Shown here in pieces: positions 36,277 to 48,850 of a stretch of DNA of 64,000 bases; within the stretch, counting starts at the first letter, position 1, and every line of letters begins with the position of its first letter. This DNA is from Raja brachyura (taxonomy: Eukaryota): the NCBI GenBank assembly GCA_963514005.1, contig OY740799.1, forward strand, positions 18,538,001-18,602,000, given 5' to 3'. A program made the translations under genes and the position numbers. The notes under the pieces were generated by a model. That model was not told where the DNA came from. It was given only the letters and a program-made list of their open reading frames with translations, and did no database searches.

Positions 36277-38832
36277 GTATTCAGAACATGTCAGTCATGG
36301 ACATATCTACCATGTTCACCTCTTGTTTAAGCCTTTTGTAAAGAGCCTTCATGTGAAATCCTGCATTCAAAATTCAGGAATGATGGGGAAAAAATGCATT
36401 TGGTTATCAGACACAACCATACTGAACCACATAATTTGCGCTTCCACCTGCTTTGACACAGATTTTTCTGGTGGTCACACTAATGTGGCCATGAATGTTT
36501 CCAGTAAGTCTCTAGTCACTGTACCAAGCCACGGCCCATTCGAAATGTGGAATTGTTATTTCCCAAATCTGCTTTAGTTTCAGATCCATTTCACAGTGGC
36601 CCCTAACAGTAAGACACCCATGTCGCTTTCCCTCTGATTTCTTTCTCCCTTCAACCTCAGGCACAGATTCAACAATATTTGTTGTTCTCCTCTTTCATCA
36701 GGGGCAGAAGTAATATTCTCTAGTTCCTTTCCTCTTTGAGGTTTGGCGTTATTTGCCTGAGTGTTTCAAAAATAGAACGCCAAACAGGTTCCCTCCGCCA
36801 GTTCCCGAGATACTCATTCCTCGTTAGCCGGACTGGTGCGTGGAAGAAATAATTTCAAACAGCTCACTGTGAACAGTGTAACCGTGTTCAGCTGTCATGT
36901 TTAGAAGATAACAGAAATTCTGCCCAGCTTTTCTTCCTCTGATTTCTAAGAGACAGACATTGTGTCTGAGCATTCTTTAATCTCCTGTCAGGTAGGAGTT
37001 CACTATTTCCTCTCTGAGGTGACGGTGAAACTGCTAATTTGAGACCTGAAGGCTGATAACGGAACCATTCAAGCTGATGCTGAGTGCCCAGTGGTTTTCA
37101 CAGCACCGTGCCATCAACGCTACCCTGACGCAAGCCTGTGGGACAGTGGGCGTCTTAATGAATTCTCATTAAAAATAATCAGCAAATGAGTTTTCAGAGT
37201 CAGAACCTGCCAGTAACCTAAAGAATCTACTTCAGTTTAAGAAAGTAAACACCTACGCTTTACAGATGAAGTGAACCAAATGCGAGAATTTAAAGTGGCA
37301 GCCCCATGTTTGCTGCTGGGTGCTCTGAATTCCTTTGCAAACATATGTTATGCATGGAAAGTGTTGTATTTGAGGTTGTCAATTATACGTCATTCATGCA
37401 TCATGAATCATGTGCCTCAATTTAAAGAGGTGTTTGGTGGAAAGAGAAAGGGACAGTCACTTGTGGATTTTCTGACCTTGAAAATCCACTCCATCCCTTG
37501 GAACAGGAATGAGTTATTTATAAAGAGCTGACATTTTATAGACCCTGCTCCTGCAATTGACCTCCAACAGACCTTGGATTATCATTATATTGTATCACTG
37601 AAACAAGAATTCCTTAAAAAATGAATTTTAATGGAGTAAGCTAGATTCAACAGAGGATCATAGAAAGGTTACATCCTCTGTTTGAACACTATGATTGAAC
37701 TTGCCTCTGCATTCCATATTCTGACTACTTGCTGCTGAAAAATGTTGTTCCTTATGCCACTTTATGTCAATTTGCATCATCTGGTTGTTGATTATCCACA
37801 AACACAAAGAGTCTCTGTTTAGTTCTTTCATGATACTTAGTACCTCTGTCGCAATCTTCCCATCCTGCTTTGTCCAAGGAGTTCAACCCCATTTTCCCCA
37901 GTCTATTCACCTAACTAGAATCCATCATCTCACAGAAAATCTCTATTGCACCATTTAAGGCTTTAACATCTTTCCTAAACTTTGCCATCCAGTACTCCAG
38001 TTATGGTTAAAACGGTATCTTATAATAAACAGTTCACCATGACCTCCTTGCTCTTTTCTGAGTGACTGCTAATTCCTTCCTGAATTATTGTCTCTAGAAC
38101 ATTCCTTGACAACCAAAGTTAAACTGATGAGCCTGAAACTGCCGGGTTTACACTTAAAGCACTTTTTTGAGCAAAGGTGTAACATTTGCGGTACTTTCAC
38201 AGTCGTTGGGCACCACCCCAGAAACTGTATATCTGTTGAGTCTGACCAGTGGCTCTGCATTTACCTCCCTTAATTCACTTGGCAATGTACAATATATCCC
38301 ACCCACACCAGGGAGGTGATTTACCTACTCAAACAACAGCTAACCTTACTCTCATCTCCTTAGCAACTTGCAGCCCAACCAGTATCTCAATAACATTTTG
38401 CTTTGTTGAGAATTCAACTGCACATTTTTTCTTGGGAGAATCATGTCTGTGATATTAATAGTCAAAACCACCAGAAGTATGTGGACGGGGCCATCAGTCA
38501 GCTGGTAATATTAGACTTAAATAAAGCTGCCATGTAAAGCCGCTAGATATTCACAATGCATTCAAAGATGGAGCCACTTTTCTTCACCTCTTGGAAAATC
38601 TCCTGGTTTCAATTTCCAATCCACAATCCCACCTGGATTATGGTGTTGCTCTGAGCTGGAAACAGATGCGATGTGGTTCACTCTGCCATGACAAGTGGGC
38701 CTGCATGGCATTCTGACATTTACCCAGAAACCTACTGCATGAATCGATTCCCTATGTGAGTGTCCACAGAGTCCGTCCGGAGGGATATTTTAACTGTGAA
38801 ATGCCAGCTGTTTTATTCCACTTTTCACTCAG

Positions 38833-39091
38833 GTTTGTGCAGTTCTTCCTGAGACTGGGCTGTGGCAAGGCATCACCTGACCCCCGCAGCCAGCCAATGC
38901 TGTTGCAGTATTCCATGAATGGAGGCCTGAGCTGGGGCGTGCTCCAGGAATTCCTCTTCAGCAACTCCAGTAACGTGGGCCGATACATTGCTCTCGAGAT
39001 TCCACTGAAGGCCCGCTCCTCCTCCACCCGACTTCGCTGGTGGCAGCCCTCTGAAGACGGGCATTTCTACAGCCCTTGGGCCATTGATGAG
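38833..39091 (+). CDS. RELN: Reelin exon 18: [11 protein letters not shown]...[10 protein letters not shown]...TRLRWWQP...WAIDE
   Basis: actcag| ... gag|gtgaga; 259 nt, phase 2-0. Confidence 0.95.
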
Positions 39092-39316
39092 GTGAGATCT
39101 ATTAGCTGAAGGCAGGCGTGATACATTGAACTCATGAAGGCAAGTGCAGTACATTGAATGCGGGAAGGCACTCGCAGTAGATTGGGTGAAGGCAAGCATT
39201 TGCTGCAAGGCTTCTGACCTCCAGACAAGGGTAGATGTTATGAGGTGTTAGGAAAGACACAAGCTGAGGGCAGTTAAATAGCAGCTGGAATCCCTGCTCT
39301 GTTGGCTGCTAAGTGA

Positions 39317-39470
39317 GTTTAGAGATACAGCGCGGAAACAGGCCCTTCGGCCCACCGAGTCCGCGCCGACCAGCGATCCCCACACACTTACACTATCCTA
39401 CACACACTAGGGGCAAATTACAATTATACCAAGCCAATTAACCTACAAAGCTGTATGTCTTTGGAGTGGA
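39317..39470 (-). mobile_element. HE1-like SINE 3' fragment
   Basis: tttagagatacagcgcggaaacaggcccttcggccc is the reverse of the HE1-type tail. Confidence 0.7.
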
Positions 39471-39546
39471 GTGATCGCTATTGGAAATTCCACATGCCTG
39501 GACTGGTGAAGACCAGGTCCCATGCTAAATGTCCAGCGTCACAGCA

Positions 39547-40365
39547 TGAGAAAGGTCATTGGATTGAAGCTTCAGAGAACCATTTTCCTCTGTGGACGGT
39601 ACCTTTGCCTGAGTCCCGGCCACCAGACAGGGGCAGTACCCGGAGCAGGTCATGTGCAAATGCTTGAACAATCCACCAGATGAGTGGTCACCCCATATCT
39701 GTCTCGAGCATGCTGTGTTATCTTGTAAAACATGGTCGCAGAGTGATACACAATGGAAACGGGCCAAAACATTCACCATTTTGAATTATGGCAAAACGGA
39801 CAATAAAGGGGAAGCTCAGAGGTGCACCTGGTAGAACTGTTACTTTGCAGCATCAGAGATCCAGGAGCAATTCTGACCTTGGGTGTTGTCTGTGTGGAGT
39901 TTGCATGCTCTACCCTGCAATAGCGTGATTTTCCTTTAGGTGCTCTGCTTTCCACCCATATCTCAAAGACGTGCGAGTTGTTGGCTTAATTGGCTGTTGT
40001 AAATTGTTCCCAGTGTGTGGGTAAGTGAGCAAGGCTGGGGGGTGATGGTATGATTGTGGGATTGAGGCAGGGATATTTTAAACGGGAGGCTGATGGTTGG
40101 CAGTTATGGTGGGCCCGTTTCCATGCTGTATCGCTCAGCAACCATGTTTTAGGGGGTTTGCTGACTACCGTGTAGATCCAAGGAAAGATAACACAGCATG
40201 CTCGAGACAGATATGTAGGGATGACCACTCATCTGGTGGATTGTTCAAGCATTTGCACATGACCTGCTCCAGGTATTGCCCCTGTCTGGTGGCCGGGACT
40301 CAGGCAATGGTACCGTCCACAGAGGAAAATGGTTCTCTGAAACTTCAATCCAATTACCATTTTCA
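39547..40365. repeat. Long inverted duplication (arms 39547-39765 and 40111-40365)
   Basis: Direct reverse-complement alignment shows only scattered mismatches and a ~33-nt indel at 40152-40184. Confidence 0.9.
39820..40135 (+). mobile_element. HE1-like V-SINE
   Basis: V-domain tgtctgtgtggagtttgcatgctct; tail gggcccgtttccatgctgtatc. Confidence 0.65.
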
Positions 40366-40602
40366 GTGACTCTTTGCCATCATTTAAAATGGTTTGGTGG
40401 TTTTGAAAGAAATCCAAGACTCAAACTCCAGTAACAATGATAACTCTGTGTCTGAAGATGGGTCTCGACCCCAAACATCGATGTTGCCCGTCCCGCGGAG
40501 TTACTCCAGCATTTTGTGTCTATCTTCGTACTGTATTAGTGCCTGTGATTTGCTCTGTGTGTAATGTATTGACCCTCACTGGTGCCTCTCTGAATAAAAC
40601 AG

Positions 40603-40852
40603 ATCGTGATTGGAGGCAGCATCCTGGGTGACACGGTGATTGAGGATAACTTCAGCACTCTGGACAACAGGAAGTGGCTGCTGCACCCAGGAGGCACCAA
40701 GATGCCGGTCTGCGGCTCGAGTGGAGATGCGCTGGTGTTCATCGAGAAAGCCTACACCCGCTATGTTATCTCCACTGACGTAGTCATAAACGAAGATTCT
40801 TTCTTGCAGTTTGACTTTGCTGCCTCCTGCTCCGTCACAGACTCTTGTTACG
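40603..40852 (+). CDS. RELN: Reelin exon 19: IVIGGS...[15 protein letters not shown]...[11 protein letters not shown]...SCSVTDSCY
   Basis: aaacag| ... g|gtaaat; 250 nt, phase 0-1. Confidence 0.94.
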
Positions 40853-41314
40853 GTAAATATCTTATGGATTTATTCATTTGTGAGGTTCCCCTCGGCCGGC
40901 TGTATCATGGTAGTGCAGGCTTCCCGTTCACCATTCCCTGGAAAATCTGATTCCATCTCATATTTCAGGAACAGGGTCATCTATACAGACTCGGCAGGTG
41001 TCACATTCGTAAAGGGTGCATCAATAATCCCTCATAGGATTGGCATCCTCCACCTGGTAAAGATTTGGAGGCCAGCTATAGTGAAATGGATTTCCTTAAT
41101 AATATCACAACCACAGTAGAGTCATACTGCACAGAAACAGGCTGCGAACATGCAGCTACTTCCATCTGGGTTTCATGTGCATGGCTAATTTTGAGAACAT
41201 GTGACTGCAAATTACTCAGAGAATGCTCATGCAATGTATGTTGAACACAATGCTGCCCAATATGTTTTGTGCCTGAGTAAAAACCGATTCATTTACATAT
41301 TACTGTTAGAGATG

Positions 41315-41772
41315 TAGAAACAAGGAACTGCTGATGCCATTTAAAAAAAAAAAGGCACAAACTTGAGTAATTCAGAGGGTCAGGCAGCATTCCTGGTGAT
41401 GTTTTAGGTCGGGACCCTTCTTCAGACTGATTGTTGGGGGAGGTGGGGGGGGGAGAATGCTGGCAGAGAGATGGGGCACGGCAAAGTGCAGTGAGTAATA
41501 GGTGAACATAGGCGGGGGGGGGGGGGGGTGAGGTTGATGGGCTTATGGTTATACACAGGCCAGAGATGAAAAAGCAAAGGGTGTGAGACAAAAGGATGCA
41601 GCATTGTGAATGTGAAGCTGGGGAAGGAATATTGGGGGGTGTGGAGAAATAGGTGGATGTCTATTAGGATCTGCATTCCTTCCTCTGACTTCACAATCAG
41701 TCGGACTACACTTATTCATGTTCTCTGGGGATGCTGCCTGGCCCGTAAAATTCTCTAGCACTTTGTGTCTTT
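41315..41772. mobile_element. Penelope-derived fold-back element
   Basis: Minus-strand terminus (aaggaactgctgatgc...gacccttcttcagact) at the left and plus-strand gatgctgcctggccc...ctagcactttgtgtc at the right. Confidence 0.6.
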
Positions 41773-42767
41773 TATTGTTAGATGGTTGCTGGAGATAATT
41801 TCCACTTTTCCTTTCTTTGAAGTTTTTTGTATAGTGCTTAATTAGCCAACAATTATCTTATCAGCCAGCTTATTATCGTGAGTGCAAATTCTGATAGCAA
41901 GCAGACAAGACGTTGAAAGCGGATGGCCATCCAGTTTAGAGGGACCATTCCCTTCCCTAGGCCATCTGCAGCTTGGGTTGATGCCCAGTCTATCCCAGGC
42001 TACAAGGATTGATTCAGTGCTCTGAGATCAGGAGCCTGAAATTCTTGTAGCTGATGTTTTTCCACTCATTGGCAGCATTGGGCAGAGAATCACGACTGCT
42101 CCTGCACTCCTGTCATGTATTTTCACCCCTGAATGTGGTGCTCTCTGCTGGTGCAGTAGAACCAGTCCTCTGTTCTCCTTCAACTCCATAAGTACTTAGT
42201 AAAATGCCAGTGTTTTTAATTTCTTCCCAAATCTAAACTGTCACTGCTTATTCAGGATGGTATTGCCACATGCTCGGTAATGTTAATAATGTGGACCACA
42301 AAAAATGCTGGAGAAACCCAGTGGGTCTGATGAAGGGTCTTTTGTCCCGGAACGTCACCTATTCCTTTTCTGCAGAGATGCTGCCTGACCCACTGAGTTA
42401 CTCCAGCATTTTATGTCTCTTTTTGGTGTAAACCAGCATCTGCAGCTCCCTCTCACATGCAGTGGATTATACCAGCTGAGTTCCTAAAGCATTTTGTGCA
42501 TTCCCTCCATAGACGCAGCCTGACCCACTGAGTTCCTACAACACTTTGTGTTTTGCTGTTGGTAGTTTATACAAGCAGTCTCATGGTGCTGACCTGCCTG
42601 GTCCTGCATTATAGCTCCAAAACCCTGAGACCTTGCATGGTCCTGACCCCTTATGTTCAGATCTGAAATTGCATGCTATATTTTGCCTCTGGATTTGTTC
42701 TAAGAATTTAAAGCAAGTGTGTTTAAACTGTTGGTTATGAACATTTGGGTCTCTTTTGTTCATTCAG

Positions 42768-42936
42768 CTGTGGAGATGCAGTATTCCGTGGATCTGGGAC
42801 TGACATGGCAGCCTGTGCTGACTGACTGTCTCCCCAGCAACGTGGAGTGTAACAAGTACCATCTGCAGAAGGTCCTGGTGTCAGACACATTCAACAAGTG
42901 GACCAGACTCACGCTGCCACTGCCGCCCTACACCAG
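42768..42936 (+). CDS. RELN: Reelin exon 20: [15 protein letters not shown]...[12 protein letters not shown]
   Basis: attcag| ... ag|gtatct; 169 nt, phase 1-2. Confidence 0.95.
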
Positions 42937-45058
42937 GTATCTCCCGCACCCTTTCTTTCAGTTCACAGAACATCTGCATAAAAATAGGCAAGAGTATTTT
43001 TACTTCACTGAGCTGCTGATAGCGGGGGGGGAAGAGGCTGGCAAAGTGTCAACAGAGACGGTATCAAAGGAGGGATGTTCATCCCCCGGGAATTAAATGT
43101 GTCTGAAAATTCTTAATGATCAAAATGTCATCATTATTTTTTGAAAAATACTGCACAGTTGCACATTTTAATTGAGGAAATCAATTTGGCCAAAACCATC
43201 CATTGACCTCTGATCAACTAATCCCTGGATGATATCCCCGTCTTCTCCTGTTTCTTGTGTGTGGCAAATCGAGGGAATCCCCAGGGAAGAAATAAAAAAG
43301 AGCCATTTATGTAATCTCAGTAAATGAGCCATGTTGCATAAATCAGTCTTGGCTAAAATGGCACGGAGGTCAAAGTGCCTACCCACAATTGCTATCAAAA
43401 CTCACAGATGAGAATTTGCATTTGGACATGATGTGCAAGGAAAGGTCTCTCTCTGCTTTCCCCAATATTCCCGTCTATCTGTTACAGATCTCACTTGTAT
43501 GGAAAACACTGCCATCTGGTGATCACTGTGAACATTGCACAATCTGACTATTTCCTTGAAATTGGTTTTCACCAAAAGCTAAATCCCAGCAGCATTTAAC
43601 CCAATTGCCCAATTGGACAAAAGGAAATTCAACACTCCCCCCTCCAAAAAACTGGGTTGTTCTCTGTGTGAAAACTCTACCTGTCCGATCCCTGGCAGCC
43701 ACGTCATACTCGTACTAACTCCAGAGTAGCCTGAAGTGCAGCCAAAGTGGGACCCACCAAAGCTGCCATGAAGCTGAAATAGAGGTGAGGTCGGCTGCCC
43801 TGAGTGGTTACAGCAAAACTCCCCTCCACATGATCATCCTTACTGAATGGGCCGTGCGCTCTGAGCGGCCCCGTGTACTGTGAGGCCTGGGTTATAACTG
43901 CAGACGTTGCAACATTATCAGTGTTGTGAATAACTGCAGTCAACACTGTGAGACTCTGCAATGATTTCTAAAGCTCAGGCGACACACGTGGACAGCAAGC
44001 AGCACTGTCCCCGGGAGAACCCGTTTAATTCAGATTTCCTTGCTGATTTGCCACAGCATCATTAGAATTATTAGTCTGATTCCTGTGGACAGAATCCAGT
44101 AATTGAAACATGAATGTGGCAGGTGTTATGTCCCTCCTTCAGTTTAATTTTACAAAGTAACTGCTCCTCTGATCCCTGGACCCAAACTACACGTAACAGG
44201 TACATATTAGTCTCCCTGAACGACAAGAATAGAGTAACAATTAAACTAGCACAGGTAAACCTCCCATTGCCGTCACACTGGTCTTAACATCAGGTGAAGT
44301 ACCTTTGTGATCCAGAGGCAGAGATACAGATGAGGTTCCACGATATGGAGGAACTTTCAGTAAGTAGGACATCCCAGCTTAGCCACCAGATGAATCTGCC
44401 AGATATTCTGTAACATTGTCTTGATGTGTTAAAGGCAACTGTCCCAAATGGGAGCTGGCGGATCAGTTCTACCTCAGAATGGGAGTCCAGGCTTCTGCTG
44501 CCCCTCTGATGGGCTGCACCTCCAGCTCACATGCCAAGACTGCTGTCCACCTGCCTCATTAGTCAAAGTCATGTGGTACAGATCATCCATGGTGTTGTGC
44601 CCAGAGAACATGCATATTTCAAATGTTCCCAGGGCTTAATATCTTTAATCCAATTTAAATAATGTTGCAGCTCATTCTGTCAAGGCAATACAGTATCTAA
44701 TGAAAATTTGCTTGAAGTGGAATGACACATTTTTACAAAATGTATTTATTTTTATGTACCATCAATCACTATTATTTAGTAATGTCCATTTTTAAACTCC
44801 ACTGTGTGAAGTACAATCTTTATCGTTTCTGATATATTTGCCATGTTTATTGATAAACGATTGATATTTCACAGCGATATTTTACATTCACTCAAAGAGA
44901 TCATTGCTGAGAAGTGTATGTGAAAACATGGAGGTTATAGGTAGGTTTTGGCAGCTGCCAGAGCTGGTGAAGGATGCCAGTCACTATTCGGCCCTCTTCA
45001 AGCCCTGCCTGCCATCGGCATCCACAGGACTGTGCTCAGATTCTATGCTGCATCTTCA

Positions 45059-45295
45059 AGGGCTTGTCCCACTTGGCGATTTTTTTGGCGATTGCCGGCA
45101 TCATTAACTGACGAATCAGGTCACTGAAACATTTGCGGCGGTGACGCGGCGTGATGACGTATGATGCACGGTGTTTTTGCAAGTGTCGCAACATTTTTTT
45201 TGTCGCCGCTGGATTTTGAAATGTTCAAAATCTTTTGGCGACACTGTTATGACGCCGGCAGTCGCCAAAAAAAATTGCCAAATGGGACAGGCCCT
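45059..45295. mobile_element. PIF/Harbinger-type MITE, same family as 33287-33885
   Basis: Imperfect ~47-bp TIRs AGGGCTTGTCCCA... / ...TGGGACAGGCCCT, TCA TSD (45056-58, 45296-98). Shares the motif gtcgccgc.ggattttgaaatgttcaaaa in opposite orientation. Confidence 0.78.
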
Positions 45296-45544
45296 TCAGT
45301 TACTGCCCAGACAAACAAGTCAGTGACAAGGACCAAAAGTAAGAGATGCAGATGAATGATAACAATTAAACTTTGTCCACTACTCTGTGCTGGAGAGCTG
45401 AGGCTGCTGGCCTGTGGGCTAGCCATGTAAGTCAACCTGCTTTCCTTCAGCTACACAGTGAGGTTGAACTATTCTCCACAACAGCAGTACCATTTGAGGA
45501 ATAAATGAACTAATGATTCTATTTGAGTCTATTATCCATTACAG

Positions 45545-45685
45545 GTCCCAGGCCACTCGTTTCCGTTGGTATCAGCCAGCACCCTTTGAGAAGCAGCAGA
45601 CATGGGCCATTGATAATGTGTACATCGGGGACAGCTGTCTTGACATGTGCTCTGGCCATGGAAGGTGCTCACGTGGATCCTGCAT
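45545..45685 (+). CDS. RELN: Reelin exon 21: [25 protein letters not shown]...[16 protein letters not shown] (EGF of repeat 6, first part)
   Basis: ttacag| ... at|gtaggt; 141 nt, phase 2-2. Confidence 0.95.
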
Positions 45686-45850
45686 GTAGGTGGAGGATAT
45701 TTGATGTTCATGTTACCAACTGTTTCAAAGTGTTGTTCTTCAACTGCTTTACGTTTGTCCTGATATTAGCACACAGCTGCATCCTAACACATCTGGATTG
45801 TGCATGTCACAGAATCACCAATATAGATTTGTATTTCCTTTCATGTAGCC

Positions 45851-46898
45851 ACAAAGAACTACAGATGTTGGTTTACCAAAAAAGAACATAAAATGCTGAA
45901 GTAACTCAGTGGGCCAGGCAGTGTCTCTGGAGAGGGAAATGCGATGTTTTGGGTCGGGACCTTTCTTCAGACTGATTGCAGTGGGTGGAATAAGTTGGGA
46001 GAGAGATGGGAGCAGGACGAACCTGGGAAGTGATAGGTGGATACCGGTGAGGCGGGCTTTCAGTGGCAGATGGTTGGACAAGGGCCAGTGATGAAAAGAC
46101 AAAAAGTGTGAGACGAGGAGGTAAAGATAGAGGAGGTGAGAGATGTAAAGTCAGCGGAAGGAATATAAGTGGATGGGGGGGAAGGGGAAAGGGAGAAATT
46201 GATGCACAAACAGGTGGGACCAGGGAAGAGAGGGAAAAAGGGGTGGGGGGAGAAAATGGCGGTGGGGTTGTTCACCTAAAAGTGGAGAATTTAATGTTCA
46301 TGATGTTGGGCTATGGGCGACCCCAAACTGAATGTGAGCTGCTGTTCCTCCAGTTTTGTGTGGCCTCACTCTGACAGTGGAGGAGGTCCAGGATAGAAAG
46401 GTGAGTATGAGAGGGGGAGTTAAAATGGTTAGCAACCTCAAAAATGCACAGGCACCTCCTCTAACTTCATCTACTGCATTTGGTGATCTCAATGTGGCAT
46501 CCTTTACTTCGGTGAGACCAAGCGTAGATTAGGCAACAGTTTTGCCGAACCTTTGCTCTCAGTCCGCTACTCCCGGACTCCCAGTTGCTAACCATTTTAA
46601 TTCCCACAACCATGTCCATGCTGACCTATCTGTCTAGCGCTGCCTCCAATGTCAGAGTGAGGCCACACATAAACTGGAGGAACAGTATCTCTATTCTGCT
46701 TGGGTAATTTACAACCCAATGGTATGAACATTAAATTATCCCATTTTAGGAAACTAATCCCCCACTTCTCTCCCCCCCCCCCCCCCCCCCCTCTCTTCCA
46801 ACTCTCTTCCCGGCTGAAGAAGAGTCCCAACCTGAAATGTCGCCTATCCATGTTCTCCAGAGACACTGCCTATCTCGCTGAGTTACTCCAGCTTTTTT
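45851..46898. mobile_element. Two older Penelope 3' fragments arranged head-to-head
   Basis: Minus-strand 3' end at 45851-46440, then a plus-strand GIY-YIG remnant (TSSNFIYCI..LYFGETKRRLG) running to a terminus at ~46898. Confidence 0.7.
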
Positions 46899-47639
46899 AG
46901 AACTTCCTTTATCTGGGAAAACCTATTCAGTTTGATTATAGGGAACACGTGATGCGTGTATCAACCACATGATGAGACGATCTGATGTGAGTGTTTATCA
47001 AAGCTGCACGGATAAGATAAACCTCAATGTTTTCAATATGTTGAAATTGGTAGGCAGGTAGCAGATGAAGTTTAGTGTAAACAATAGCAAGGAACAATGC
47101 TAAAGCAAATAAAGTAATGTGCCTAGAAAATGAAAGCAATCCAATAATAAATTATCTTAATCTTGCTTGTTAACTGGTGGGATCTGTTAGAAAATCAAAA
47201 CTAATCTGAAATGCTGGGATGCTCTTGTCTACCTCAGAATACTGTTGTGACTACACTTATTTCTGTGTGTAGTTCTAATCACCTCCACCACATAAAAAGG
47301 AGTTTGTGGCTATTGAAGGATTGGATGTCATGCGGTCTCCATCATGGGGCTTGTCAAAGGCCCTACTAAAGTTTGTGTAAATCATATCTACTGCCCTGCC
47401 CTGATCGACACACTTTGAATTCTTGAATTAAAGCCTTGAGTTCTTGCTATTTCTTCATTGAATATTTCCGGCTGTGCAGATGTGGACATGGTTGCAAGCA
47501 GATACACCCAATCTACTTTTGCCATGTCCTCCTTTACGTTACTGAATGTGGCCACACCCCAGAATGTGGACACATCATGGACCTTTATTAATGGCCCTTC
47601 CCTATCCATCTCCATAACAATTTCAAAATATGCAGTTAT

Positions 47640-47893
47640 TTAGTTTAGTTTAGAGATACAGCGTGGAAACAGGCCCTTCGGCCCACAGTGTCCATGCTGA
47701 CCATTGATCACCCTTTCACACAAGTTCTATGTTTTCCCACTTTCTCACCCACTCCTTACACCCTACAGACAATTTTACAGAGGGTTAATTAATATACAAA
47801 CCCTCACATCTTTGGCATGTAGGAGGGAGTGCGTACAAGATCAAACGTAGGTCTCTGGTGGTGTGAGGCGGCAGCTGTGCCACTTTGCTGCCC
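47640..47893 (-). mobile_element. HE1-like SINE, internally deleted
   Basis: (ttagt)n followed by agagatacagcgtggaaacaggcccttcggccc. Confidence 0.65.
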
Positions 47894-48672
47894 TTTGATA
47901 AAATATCCTGCATTACAACTGGTCAAAGTTGCCAATCAGTACCCCTCCCTACCGCAACTTTGACAAACAGGAGCACATGGAAGCATCTGAGAACAATTCT
48001 CCCAATTGCATATCACGGGGTTTTTATTTCTGTGTAAGTCAAGTTGAAGGTTAATTAGACACGTTTTAATTAATCCCACAATGCAATCAGACCTGGCTGA
48101 TCTTGACTCAAGTAATAGAACTCTGCTTCAACAACATCTGGCAGGTGCGGGAAAGAGAGAATATCAGACACTGTAAACGTCCCAGCCCACCCTCAACAAA
48201 ATAATTGACCAATCTGCCTTCAGCACCGTTGAATGCAAATCTTACATTACCTTACTTACAAATGTTTATTTTATTCAGGAGATCATTTGATGGGCCATAG
48301 TGCGGGTGCTACTGACTTTGAAAATCAAAGGTGAAAAGGCAGTGTATGATAATATCATTGTATTTGTTGATGCAAGCAAGTAAAAACAAAGGAAGTTACT
48401 TGTTGGCATCAGTAATCCAGCACTGTGACCCTGGACCTGAAGCCGGACCTTAATGTTTCATTTTACAAATGCATGAGTCCTGCAAGAGTGTTTTGTACTG
48501 GATACAGGCAGCGTCTCAAAGCAATGAGCTGCAGTGCCTTGTTTGCAGGAAATGTTGAAAGATGTAGTCTTTCCTTGTGTAATTGGGGGATGCTTTCATA
48601 ATCTACTATTATCGCTCAATTATCTTAATCTTTGTGTCCATAATCTTGGTAACTGCTTTTCTTTCAACCCAG

Positions 48673-48850
48673 CTGTGATGAGGAGTGGAGTGGCACGTAT
48701 TGTGATGAACCAAAGTCCAGTCTTCCCCGACAGCTTAAAGACAACTTCAACAGATCCCCCTCCAGCAACAACTGGCTGATGGTGAACGGAGGCAAACTCA
48801 GCACTGTCTGTGGAGTCGTGGCCTCAGGAATGGCTCTTCACTTTAGTGGA
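48673..48850 (+). CDS. RELN: Reelin exon 22: CDEEWSGTYCDEP...LKDNFN...GMALHFSG
   Basis: acccag| ... gga|gtgagt; 178 nt, phase 2-0. Confidence 0.95.

Noticed and set aside
42321-42362. Sense-strand hammerhead with a good stem I (ugggu/accua) and CUGAUGA
   Set aside because: The GAAA box reads GGAA and stem II is imperfect, so it was not called as a functional ribozyme.
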